A stretch of DNA of 64,000 bases from a virus. Its lineage: Duplodnaviria; Caudoviricetes. The number at the start of each line of letters is the position of its first letter. Positions within the stretch are counted from its first letter, which is position 1. The notes beneath the pieces are model-generated. The model made no database searches and had not been told where the DNA came from. It saw nothing but the letters and a program-made list of their open reading frames with translations. The DNA lies in the IMG/VR virus record IMGVR_UViG_3300014206_000007, positions 96,001-160,000 of that record; one strand, 5' to 3'. Below, piece after piece: positions 40,501 through 48,461 of this stretch. The position numbers and the translations under genes are program-made.

Positions 40501-40632
40501 TAAATCGACTGGTAGTTCAGCCGTGCTATCTATAACGTCCCAACCAAATACATTTTCGCCAGGTGTCAGTGTCAATAAGATTTCAATTGCTTTATCGAAA
40601 TCTTCTTTTTTGTGTATAGAAATATAATCCAT
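34564..40632 (-). CDS. Large tail fibre/adhesin with BNR-like beta-propeller repeats
   Basis: 2022 aa; dozens of YGNGxFVAVG...SxDGITWT units in several blocks; ARLALTKTQVQNGD fibre motif; late promoter 40680-40691. Confidence 0.8.
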   Translation of the reverse strand: MDYISIHKKEDFDKAIEILLTLTPGENVFGWDVIDSTAELPVDLNTIITPGNYIVHHYINGIDNKIISPVTLKVTTINSDLVQMIIVGSDTYQRNFNTSTNLFDGEWNFFNDGVTIYKGATAPPYPTTNTLWLKDDIESLLVKYDGTNWVPVHSSNYMDSTVYDVNNRRIDIMEYLKSELNKDTIMISSDAVANAVINTTTKIFTELEITTASIALGKGKCYVLGRRNDGFSLRLMSKNITYLSDNTKQWNLSQDLSFPVTEYSKFLYSSENPDYMDGKLIIISSNKVYKLDESDLSWDEVTDLPNIIFSKSINNEVFFISANDTGVPIKLIKTNDFKVFDTFNLIFEDVDPVAFNNNVIVYNATDAEGGVIYNTKESTLASTSYNDSILYFAINDLIYAKGYYYLTGYNSEGSSYYYKSGNLKDWSIKTFPYTGKWKFLLFGNDTFFTYTEENPGYTISSNDGEVWQLSDINLVEKFTKYTTGLFYDITANGQLRYFTSNNLDTLKIIELELTGLVPESVFFINNVIYFLYKDATGFYLFNVTGSNYNDIFNVHNINTVAHLTAEEKTAFNGKLSTTELTQKTDIMKSDNKTYTDGKIDGLNLTGLSDGIAALNNNVELHKANSVVHSVTNAGELWETVALAAGQTTIWDICYGNGIYAGVFSPQDIIRSVDGHTWTSHVTGAGTGMAEIIFANGMFVAVGNNGLVISSTDAITWTQNYIGVPESLSHILYGNGIYLAGGYNNMYISSDKITWTKITAITLAYIGEMIFANGMFTVMDSVTNKSYTSVDGINWNTIVSQSPILINAVAYGNGKYVLIKENNISVSTDLIAWQTIPITFTDWPRLYGHDIYFNDKFYAVFEAYSDDWELESGILATSVDGITWELTKLPSATLPYSIIKENDMLLVLMYNSILVSTSNQDIKTYWNAKAALTHQHIKDGNVQLDTADVTSGIIDIARLPAEVFDRVHTVVSNAARLALTKTQVQNGDSVHVYSADPVVNEWYRVIDDTKLSIEAGYRKFSENPEATEVDFSGVVGHPTSIAGYGITDLYTKTETENNINNIELPIKNTTDSKIIEYDQMLTVDGFTAYKAIEGSYSFIKIKYFNGKFIIFGYGSIYVSTDGFNWNMLDSDHYYDLDVFPKEIIYVDGLYIILDSTKRILTSPDLINWTLKATIGSSTQLTGIVYGNNLYVVCGDDGSIFTSPDLVAWTIRNSTAPITVDFIKIKFLNGIFFAISSEKPIYYSSDCITWATFTSASLFDIIYENNLFVTVGSNVVSRSIDGITWSQQTITSTYLRSVIYANNLFVAIGDGGKIISSPDGITWTVRDSDGCTDVLYDIIYDNNIFLISGTNVILTSSDGITWKKTIRTSETNFYIISDRQGPVYGNGVFVTYGSGLTIASYLGDKWIYGMSVDVPYQRWVTNGTIKIFLTLNRFMMISFDDGKTWEVPNYYFGESLRDIIYDNGQFVMVADASSIWTSPDGITWTLHIAPVVDDYWYIGYGNGLYVALGDNNDTLITSPDGVTWTDRTANITVITDIEIIAGWMMGVTYGNGKWMIVKIENDSTNTYYLHLITSTDGITWTERRVATEKELYTRDPIYADGRFVLVSSCLENLEIVISVSSDGDNWKHYSFETRDGDAYFLTYHDGIYNIVDSYGLYIIHFYINDGGANELVSKIYNTISDSENIIDLIEKDSIGIVTPPYPTVGLETSAYITSAKFLNGKFTILTSAYPANGVVHLSADGITWETHPITIAGSLYDISYGNGVYVVTGTSGKIFISTDNCVTWIDKSLADTSRRFWATTFAAGVFVIVGEYIYSSTDNGATWVETGLGVTEEALDDYIYDIKYGNGMFLAVAEGSLDDITWPYGGKVYKSLDGITWTKAFIKEGGGFMTIAYGDGLFALTEYTGKVLISADGVNWKEELCPTQGYPKPFIRANGRFMGPIGQDELLISIDGVTWKTLPVKTMEIDSVVEGNGKILALGGVPIQVADVTEDFNTLITKISEKFIADESSLNTVLVNSENALELI

Positions 40633-40714
40633 ATTATATCATTTCCTCTCTTTCTTAGTTTTAACTTACATTAAAGTATTACGAGGTTGTTTTTTGATAT
40701 AAAACCGTAGAAAA

Positions 40715-40960
40715 AAATAAAAAAAAGAATCTTGAATATTGTCATAAGTAGATAAGGGTAAAACGTTGATTGATGTCTTTATCGCTCATAAATTTTTCCT
40801 ACCAAAAAGAATTTGCGATTTAAACCCAACCAAATTTTCCTAGACATTTTCAAGATTCTATAATAATAAGTATTGGAATACTTTTTATAAGGAGACTAGT
40901 CACTGCTAAGTGTAAGTCTCAGTCCAAATTACTTGTTAAACCTCATATTATTACACTAAA
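40715..40960 (-). ncRNA. Candidate structured non-coding RNA
   Basis: Early promoter at 40961-40970, no long ORF, several hairpins, long-range stem 40726-40736/40849-40859 followed by a U-run. Confidence 0.4.
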
Positions 40961-40976
40961 ATAATATATATTTATT

Positions 40977-41279
40977 TTAATTGATTATACTCCATATTAT
41001 TAGTATTATATTCGATATCGCTGATAATCTAAATAATGTTAAATATAAATTATATTGTGATTCAACAGTTTTGAATCGGTGAAGTAAATCTTCAGTTGTA
41101 CATTCATCACATGAATATACATCCATTCCCATATTATAATAATCTTTTCCAAGAATAGGAATTATAAGATTCTCTCTAAAATATTTCCTAAGATTTTCAT
41201 ACTGCATTAGGCGAATATTTTTAGTCACAATCTCCTCTTCTTCATCCTCTTCATCGAATATTACTTTTTCATTTTCCAT
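40977..41279 (-). CDS. Hypothetical protein with C-terminal TM segment
   Basis: 100 aa, overlaps the RNase H stop. Confidence 0.65.
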   Translation of the reverse strand: MENEKVIFDEEDEEEEIVTKNIRLMQYENLRKYFRENLIIPILGKDYYNMGMDVYSCDECTTEDLLHRFKTVESQYNLYLTLFRLSAISNIILIIWSIIN

Positions 41280-41772
41280 TTTTACCTCCCGATAAATGAT
41301 GCTTTGATTTCTTCTTTTTAGGATTACCTAAAAGATTCTTTACATCTACTCCTATTAGACAGGATTCTTTGGCAAGTTGGTCAACTAAATCATTATAGTA
41401 TACTCCAGAATGAGATTTGACTTTACAAAAATGAATGTCCATTTTAGTTTTATAAAAGTCATAATCTTCTTTATATTTGGTAGTATATTGATTGTTACAC
41501 TTCCATCCACCTAATGCCCATTCACTAATTCCTGTATAATCATAGTATATATTTATTTTTTTTATACTATTTTCATATGCATATTTCATTGCCTCAGTGG
41601 AAGATAATATCTCTCCACCAACATTTCGCATATTACAATATCCTGGGTCAGTTACAAATCCTGACCGTTTTTCTATCAATTCTTCATTATGAATCAAAAT
41701 AACGCCATATGCACACATATGCAGTTTCTTATTATACGATCCATCGACATACGCATCAATTTCTTCATACAT
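41269..41772 (-). CDS. rnhA: Ribonuclease HI
   Basis: YVDGSY, RNVGGEI, YYDY.GI, KVKSHSG...NDLVDQLAK. Confidence 0.92.
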   Translation of the reverse strand: MYEEIDAYVDGSYNKKLHMCAYGVILIHNEELIEKRSGFVTDPGYCNMRNVGGEILSSTEAMKYAYENSIKKINIYYDYTGISEWALGGWKCNNQYTTKYKEDYDFYKTKMDIHFCKVKSHSGVYYNDLVDQLAKESCLIGVDVKNLLGNPKKKKSKHHLSGGKNGK

Positions 41773-41791
41773 TTATATTCCTCCTTTATTT

Positions 41792-42958
41792 TTACATATA
41801 TTTAACTATAGTTATTGATTTTTTTGCTCTGGATACTGCAGTATAACTAGCCTTTCTATTTAAGTCTTTATCCCAGAAAAATTCATCTATGAATAATACA
41901 TTATCGGCTTCAGAGCCTTGTGATAGATGACTAGTGATAGCATAACCATATTCAAACTTATTAAAATTACTCATACCATATTCATTTCTTTCATTAAACT
42001 CTAGTCTGATATACTTATAGTCTAATTCAACATCTTCAAATACTTCAGTATCTAGAAAGTCTGGTCTAAAATCAATTGATAGATATCCCTTATATAAAGA
42101 ACTTTTATCAATAGATTCAACATAACCAATTAATCCGTTAGTTAGAAAGAATTGTCCAATATAATGATCTCTATTATTTTGACGACATATAAGTTTATCT
42201 CCAATAACAGGGTCTATTGATGTTCGGTGTAGAACATCTTCCCTTATCTTGCGATTTAACATCTCTCTTGTCTTATTTTTCTTGCAAATTATCATATCAT
42301 AATCAGTTAAAAGCGACTTATCGATTGAATGATAATCAATTACTCTTGATGCCCCATATGTCCCAGTTCTTATTGGTTCACCTTTTAATATCATTTGAGT
42401 AAACATTACTATTGGGTCATTTTCTTTTTGTCGCATTAATTGAGTCAATATGAAATCAGGTTTTAACATTACCGATGAGATTCCAAATACTGGTGGCAAT
42501 TGATTTATATCACCAATGAAAACTACTGGAATACCAAATGATAAAATCAAATCTTTCATCTTATCATTTACCATTGTAGCTTCATCAATAATAATCAATT
42601 TTAAATTTGGGTCTAATTTATCTTTTAATGCAAATTTTAATCTAATTTTTGGTTTTTCCGTCGAATTTGCTGGAGGATTAATTACCTCTGGATAGACATT
42701 GTATATTAAAGAATGAATAGTTGATGCTCTCAACCCCTTTCTTAATAATACTAAAACGGCTTTTCCTACATAAGCTGCAGTAATAAACTCATCTTCTTTT
42801 AATTTTAATTCATCTATAAGAGCATTTATTACTGTAGTTTTTCCAGTACCAGGGGCACCGGAATATGCAAAATATGGCTTTACTCTTTTAAAATACCATG
42901 ATTTTAATTTTTGAATCAGTATTTTTTGCTCATCGGTTAAAATTATATCTGGTTCCAA
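41792..42958 (-). CDS. Dda/RecD-like SF1B helicase
   Basis: GAPGTGKTT, TIHSL, IIDEA, GDINQLPPV, YAITSHLSQGSE, YTAVSRA. Confidence 0.9.
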   Translation of the reverse strand: MEPDIILTDEQKILIQKLKSWYFKRVKPYFAYSGAPGTGKTTVINALIDELKLKEDEFITAAYVGKAVLVLLRKGLRASTIHSLIYNVYPEVINPPANSTEKPKIRLKFALKDKLDPNLKLIIIDEATMVNDKMKDLILSFGIPVVFIGDINQLPPVFGISSVMLKPDFILTQLMRQKENDPIVMFTQMILKGEPIRTGTYGASRVIDYHSIDKSLLTDYDMIICKKNKTREMLNRKIREDVLHRTSIDPVIGDKLICRQNNRDHYIGQFFLTNGLIGYVESIDKSSLYKGYLSIDFRPDFLDTEVFEDVELDYKYIRLEFNERNEYGMSNFNKFEYGYAITSHLSQGSEADNVLFIDEFFWDKDLNRKASYTAVSRAKKSITIVKYM

Positions 42959-43070
42959 TCATATCACATCCTTACTCTATTTTATTATGCTCTTTATAAT
43001 TTAGATTTTATTATAGTAGAACCTTTTATTAATATAATAATATATAATGCAAAATGAGGTGAGGTGTTTT

Positions 43071-43454
43071 ATGAATATATTTAATCCTTCAAACATAGAA
43101 AAATGGGAACTTGGTGATACTGAAATTGGTAGAATTTGTATATCCCCAAGAGTATATGCAAATAGTAATTTACAGTTAAATATACCAAAGTTAATGCCAT
43201 TAATTCCGTTAGGAAGACCAAAAGTAACTAACATTTCTCTCTCAAATAGTTGTTATGCAAATGCTAATAATATAGCAATATCAAGAACTATTGGGACACA
43301 GAATTTTATTACTGTATCGCATCAAGCAAATAGATCATTTAGTAATGAATATTTGTCATATGGAGATACTGTATTAGTCGAGGTTCATAATAAGAACCCT
43401 GATACTATATTTTTATCTACAAAAATAGATAGTTCGTACAATTTATATGACTAG
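43071..43454 (+). CDS. Putative baseplate protein
   Basis: Start after GAGGTG; IPKLMP motif; adjacent to the gp53-like gene. Confidence 0.45.
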   Translation: MNIFNPSNIEKWELGDTEIGRICISPRVYANSNLQLNIPKLMPLIPLGRPKVTNISLSNSCYANANNIAISRTIGTQNFITVSHQANRSFSNEYLSYGDTVLVEVHNKNPDTIFLSTKIDSSYNLYD

Positions 43455-43465
43455 GAGGTTGGTCT

Positions 43466-43903
43466 ATGATGCAAATGGGAAAGGAGTACACTATTGAAGA
43501 GTTTATCAAGGAATATAACCAAGAAACTATCAATTATGGTACTCTGCACTTAAAAGAAGTATTTCAAAAAGATGATGGCAACTTAAGCATTTTAAGTTCA
43601 GAATCAGTACTAAGCAATTATGATGATGAATTAAAAAAATATGTAGTTACATTGACATTAACCGATAGCGAATTTAATAAGTTTCAATATAATCCAAAAT
43701 TTTTATCTTTTGAATTATATAATACTACTGAACTATGGTTTATGTTATTACATGCTAATGAATTATATTATTCTGGGCAATTTGATATAAACCCAATAAA
43801 GGTATATTCATCCGATATCGTCAATATAATTGATAGAATACTAAATCTAGAAAAGCAATATATTGATTTAAATAGAGAGGACGTAAGTGCTCAACTAGGA
43901 TAA
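43466..43903 (+). CDS. Baseplate wedge protein (T4 gp53-like)
   Basis: YNPKFLSFELYNTTELWFMLLHAN matches the P..L...LY....LW......N pattern. Confidence 0.65.
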   Translation: MMQMGKEYTIEEFIKEYNQETINYGTLHLKEVFQKDDGNLSILSSESVLSNYDDELKKYVVTLTLTDSEFNKFQYNPKFLSFELYNTTELWFMLLHANELYYSGQFDINPIKVYSSDIVNIIDRILNLEKQYIDLNREDVSAQLG

Positions 43904-43936
43904 AAAAAGAACTATGCACAATGCATAGTTCTTTTT
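43904..43936. terminator. Bidirectional terminator
   Basis: 15-bp stem with A/T flanks between convergent genes. Confidence 0.75.
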
Positions 43937-43946
43937 ATTTCTTATA

Positions 43947-45605
43947 TTATGCACTCTTTAATAATCCAGTCATTTCAATTGACTTTAATACTGAATTATT
44001 TCCAGTTGCATTCATTTTTGTTACTTTAGGTCTTGATACAGAGCCATCTTTTAATTCTTTTTCAGCTATTGACTCTAAATCACTTGCCAATGATATAACT
44101 GATACTGGCTTATCTTTATCGACATCAACTGCTAATCTTATATTCTTTTCATTTACGAATGGATGATTAAAATAATCCACTGATATTGGGTCTTTCTTAC
44201 CTCTAATTTTCAATCGTTTAAATGTTAAGAATAAATTATTTGTTGATTTTTGCAATTCAAGATTTATTAAACCTACCCAGTCAGATTCTTCGATTAAATC
44301 CCAACATACTCCAACCGATGATGTTCCTATGAATTGAGCAACATCTTGTTTATTATCTCTCATTGCGGCATCTATAATAGAATTCCCCTCTCTATTAATC
44401 TGCATCGCTGTTATTACTGGTATTTCAAAGAATTGTGCTAATGATTTTAATTCTTTAGAAGCATATGATATTCTAATTCTTTCCTCACCATTATTATCAT
44501 GAGTTGACTCTATTCTTTTAATATAGTCTAATAGTACACATATTACTTCTTTACCAACATCTTCCAATTCTTTTATTACTGTATAGATATATGAAGTATT
44601 AATCTCTAAATTAGCAAAGTATCTTATTTCAATATCAATACCTGTATAATCATTAAACATGAATTTTCCATTTTCTTGTAGTATCTTAACTACGTCTTCC
44701 GGAGTTTTGTCATACAATTCATCATTTACTTCACTATACATATCATACAGTCTAAGCACTGTTTCCTCTATAGAGTTTTCCATAGTTATAAATAATATCG
44801 TTTTTCTCATTCCATTTTCGAATGGTTTTATCTGCGGGTTATAAAGTCTTATCTGGTCCGCAATATTTAATAGTGTTCCAGATTTAAACTTACCCGTTCC
44901 CCCTAATATAGTATATAGTCTTCCAGATTGAAATCCGGGGGATAGTATTGCGTTTAGTTGCCTAATTCCAGTTTGTAATATGGATGATGGTCTTTTTGCT
45001 TTATCAACGATTATTCTCATTAAATCTTCGAAATTATCGTTTGAAAAGTTAAATGACCTTAATAATCCATTTCCAATTGCTGAATTTTGAATATTTACTA
45101 ATAAATTACTTAATTTTCCTTTTAATTCGTTCATAACCGCAAAATATGATACTTGATTTGGGTTATCGAGTTTTTCTAATAATTCTATAATTGCATCTTT
45201 TTCTTTAAATACGTATAAATATTGCAACCTTTCATTGATTGCTTTTGATATAAATTCTGTTTCAGATTTACTTAATTGATTAGGGGTTAAAGATACTGAT
45301 TTTAATATTTCCTCAAACCCCTGATTGTTATTTAATATGAATGAAATGATTACATTTTCATCCTTCAAATTATTTACAACTGTTGCTTCACAAAGTGATT
45401 TAACTAGTTTTACTTTATCCTGTATATCAGGACTATAATTATATGCCTCTGCATCGACATATTTCATCAATTTATTTAAATTTATTAATTGATTATTTGA
45501 AATAAATTCACATCTTATATATTTAATTAACGAATTTAACATCGCTATATCAAATTTTATATTAATAGTATCGCTATTTTCGGTACGACGTTTGACTTTC
45601 GGCAT
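43947..45605 (-). CDS. dnaB: DnaB-like replicative helicase
   Basis: LQTGI, GGTGKFKS, TMEN, LLDYI, ELKSLA, TAMQINR. Confidence 0.88.
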   Translation of the reverse strand: MPKVKRRTENSDTINIKFDIAMLNSLIKYIRCEFISNNQLINLNKLMKYVDAEAYNYSPDIQDKVKLVKSLCEATVVNNLKDENVIISFILNNNQGFEEILKSVSLTPNQLSKSETEFISKAINERLQYLYVFKEKDAIIELLEKLDNPNQVSYFAVMNELKGKLSNLLVNIQNSAIGNGLLRSFNFSNDNFEDLMRIIVDKAKRPSSILQTGIRQLNAILSPGFQSGRLYTILGGTGKFKSGTLLNIADQIRLYNPQIKPFENGMRKTILFITMENSIEETVLRLYDMYSEVNDELYDKTPEDVVKILQENGKFMFNDYTGIDIEIRYFANLEINTSYIYTVIKELEDVGKEVICVLLDYIKRIESTHDNNGEERIRISYASKELKSLAQFFEIPVITAMQINREGNSIIDAAMRDNKQDVAQFIGTSSVGVCWDLIEESDWVGLINLELQKSTNNLFLTFKRLKIRGKKDPISVDYFNHPFVNEKNIRLAVDVDKDKPVSVISLASDLESIAEKELKDGSVSRPKVTKMNATGNNSVLKSIEMTGLLKSA

Positions 45606-45693
45606 TTGTCCCCCTCCTCCAAATTATGATTGTATTTCTCCTATTTTTAATAAGTTATCCGACTGTTTTAAATCAATTTTTTTCTAGAAATAG

Positions 45694-46287
45694 TTACTGC
45701 TCTATGTTTTTATAGAGCAGTAATAAATCTGGATTAATTTCATTAATAACTGCCATAACTCTCGGAGATAATTTCTCAAAATATACACAAACGTTTGAAT
45801 CTCTTTTAATTGCTTCAAGAATCAAATCATCTGGAGGATTATTAATATATTTAATACAAGCAGGATTCTCATTGATAAGATTTTTAATATAATCATATCG
45901 AAGATCCTTAAATTCGAAATTTTGTAATAAAGATGGATCTGCACTAAATGCTTTTTCTTTAAGTCCTTCGTCCAGTATTTCCTCTGGAACATACATAATT
46001 GACTTAGGACAATTATTGGTGGCTATATATGCCATTTTTCTAGTAATTTTTATGTCAGTAAACTTTTTTCTTATGTATTTTAAATTATGCCCATCAATAC
46101 CAAGAGCAAACTCACACATCTGTTCAGATGGTGCTTTCATATGTTTAAAAATTCCAGGTTCTCTTTCGATACAAAACTTCCATACATCATCATCAATATA
46201 TTTATTTTTGAATAATAGTATAGCAGTCGGGTCATCGACTAACAAGTTTAAAACTTTGTATTTCATTGATTCATTATTCTCAATCAT
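45694..46287 (-). CDS. Helical repeat protein (DUF4116-like)
   Basis: Repeats such as CIKYINNPPDDLILEAIKRD. Confidence 0.55.
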   Translation of the reverse strand: MIENNESMKYKVLNLLVDDPTAILLFKNKYIDDDVWKFCIEREPGIFKHMKAPSEQMCEFALGIDGHNLKYIRKKFTDIKITRKMAYIATNNCPKSIMYVPEEILDEGLKEKAFSADPSLLQNFEFKDLRYDYIKNLINENPACIKYINNPPDDLILEAIKRDSNVCVYFEKLSPRVMAVINEINPDLLLLYKNIEQ

Positions 46288-46302
46288 ACATTTCCCGCCC
46301 CT

Positions 46303-46728
46303 TTATTTTAGTTTACATACTAATATCTCAATATCAGTATCACCAAACACTTTAAAAATTAAAAGTTTTACTTTATCCCAATCTAGTTTATCTAAATTAG
46401 ATGCGATTGTTGGCATTGCTATCTTATTAATACTACTTATGACACATATATCTCTCATAAATATTAGTGCTTTTTCTACACTTTGATAAGTCGGTTTATC
46501 GTAATATCTTGCTTTAGTTATTAAATTTATTATTCTTTTTACTCGAATGCATACAGGATGCTTTCGAGTTTCTATTGGATATTGTAATAATGTTTCTCTT
46601 ACATGAAAACGTGATTCTATTGAGGCAGCTATTCCTGCACCCATTGCACAATCACTACTTATACAATGGGCTATATAATATGATTGGTCCACTGTAAATA
46701 TATCTTTTTTAATTTCACTAAATTTCAC
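46303..46728 (-). CDS. Macrodomain ADP-ribosylhydrolase (Poa1p/TARG1/DarG-like)
   Basis: DIF, AHCISSDCAMGAGIA, NLITK (catalytic Lys position), IAMPTI..LDKLDW; early promoter 46768-46777. Confidence 0.88.
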   Translation of the reverse strand: MKFSEIKKDIFTVDQSYYIAHCISSDCAMGAGIAASIESRFHVRETLLQYPIETRKHPVCIRVKRIINLITKARYYDKPTYQSVEKALIFMRDICVISSINKIAMPTIASNLDKLDWDKVKLLIFKVFGDTDIEILVCKLK

Positions 46729-46844
46729 AACGTCATCTCCTATTTTCTTATTTTAATCGTCATGTAAATAATATATATCTAATTGTCGGCTCTAACTTTT
46801 TTTTATAAAATGCATAAAAAAAGAAGACAATCATTGTCTTCTTT

Positions 46845-47999
46845 TTATGTTATATATTTATTGACTACTTTTTGAATTTTATCAATTGGAATTTCCTTAT
46901 TCTTATATTCCAAAATGAATTTTTGAATTACTTCTGCTTTACTTAATGATTTATCAAAAATAAATTCATATTTATTTTTTACTTCAGTATTTCTCTTTTT
47001 CTTTTCATCTTTTTTATTTGACTTAAGCTTATTCTTAGTTACAATTTTTACAGATTTATTATTAATAAAATATTGTTTGATTGACATAATGAATGTATCA
47101 TTAATATCTTTTTCATCTGTAATATTAATTACAACACGGATCTTTTGCTTTTTGTCTTTACTAATTTCATGGTCAATATTTTTAATAAATGCAGTATAAT
47201 CTTGAATTATAGTATACATATGTGTATCGATATTATATGTTATATAATCCATCGCAAATTCATTTTTAATCTTTTTATAAAAATATTTATTTGTATCTGT
47301 ATCAATTTGAATAAATCCAAATCCTTTACTTTGCATTTCATTAAACGACCATCTATCATAACTTCCTATATAAATTAATGAATCTAATTCGGTTCCATCA
47401 TGCCAGTGCCCTGCAACCATAGGGCCTTGAATTATTTTAGACCAGAAATTGTATTCATAAATTATACTCTTCATTGAAGTTTCTTCTGATAATTGCACAA
47501 CTATATCAGGCAATACAATATCAAAACTTCCATGAAAGAATCCGATATTAGGAAACTTCAATAAATTATCGATATATTTTACCTTATAGTCTTTTGCATT
47601 AATATTTTCATCAGGACAGTATAAACACTTTAATTCAGGAAGAGTTTCTTCATAAGTATTAACATTGAATATTTTAAAGAATCCAGATTCATCTTCTAGC
47701 TCTCTAAATGATTCAAGCTGCTCATTATCATGCTCTTTTGTCCCTTTTATTACTCTGATCTTTTTAACCCCATTCTGCTTAGCAGTGGAGTATAATCTAT
47801 TCATCCATTGTATCGCACTGATTGCAGATTGACTATTGAGTGGAAGTTGCGAGTGGAAATAATCCCCTAATATAACAACTAAATCAATATTTCTATATCT
47901 TTGTAAAAATATCAAAAATAATTCTAGATTTTCATATTGTAATTGAGGTTCCATTACTCCGTAATGTACATCGGCTAAAGTAAGAATATTATATTTCAA
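46845..47999 (-). CDS. SbcD/Mre11-like metallophosphoesterase nuclease
   Basis: ADVH, LGDYF, GTKEHD, FHG, GHWH, YIGS. Confidence 0.85.
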   Translation of the reverse strand: MKYNILTLADVHYGVMEPQLQYENLELFLIFLQRYRNIDLVVILGDYFHSQLPLNSQSAISAIQWMNRLYSTAKQNGVKKIRVIKGTKEHDNEQLESFRELEDESGFFKIFNVNTYEETLPELKCLYCPDENINAKDYKVKYIDNLLKFPNIGFFHGSFDIVLPDIVVQLSEETSMKSIIYEYNFWSKIIQGPMVAGHWHDGTELDSLIYIGSYDRWSFNEMQSKGFGFIQIDTDTNKYFYKKIKNEFAMDYITYNIDTHMYTIIQDYTAFIKNIDHEISKDKKQKIRVVINITDEKDINDTFIMSIKQYFINNKSVKIVTKNKLKSNKKDEKKKRNTEVKNKYEFIFDKSLSKAEVIQKFILEYKNKEIPIDKIQKVVNKYIT

Positions 48000-48080
48000 A
48001 TGTCTACCTCCTTATATAAAATCGGAATATACGAACTTAATATAATGTAAGATCGTATATTCAATTTTAAGTTGTAATAA

Positions 48081-48461
48081 TTAAAAGCCTATTGTAATTG
48101 ATTTCTTTTCAGCTGAATTAGAGTCAAAAGCATTATCATATGTTATCTCTCTGACTAATGTTATAAAATTAGGAATATTAACCATTTCAGTCTCTGCTGA
48201 GACATATGTTATTAAAATAGCATAAGCCGATTCCTCGGAATAAATTTCTAGTATAAAATGATCAGTAAGATCAAAAAGTTTATCGTAATAATCAAAACAA
48301 TATACTTGCTTTTGTGATAATTTATCAACATCTATTATATCTTCCCAACAACAATTCTTTTTTATACATTCTTTAATTAGATCTACCCAATAACAGTTCT
48401 TTTTGATATATTCAATATCAGGCATCATTATAAGAAATTTTCTTTCAAATATAGGGTTCAT
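48081..48461 (-). CDS. Degenerate CYTH-like protein
   Basis: N-terminal ERKFLI and C-terminal P.F...REIT.D remain; the middle is short and carries a duplicated IKKNCxW motif. Confidence 0.45.
   Translation of the reverse strand: MNPIFERKFLIMMPDIEYIKKNCYWVDLIKECIKKNCCWEDIIDVDKLSQKQVYCFDYYDKLFDLTDHFILEIYSEESAYAILITYVSAETEMVNIPNFITLVREITYDNAFDSNSAEKKSITIGF

Noticed and set aside
40726-40859. Retron msr-msd interpretation of the inverted-repeat-bounded region
   Set aside because: No adjacent retron RT, and the only RT in the window is DGR-type.
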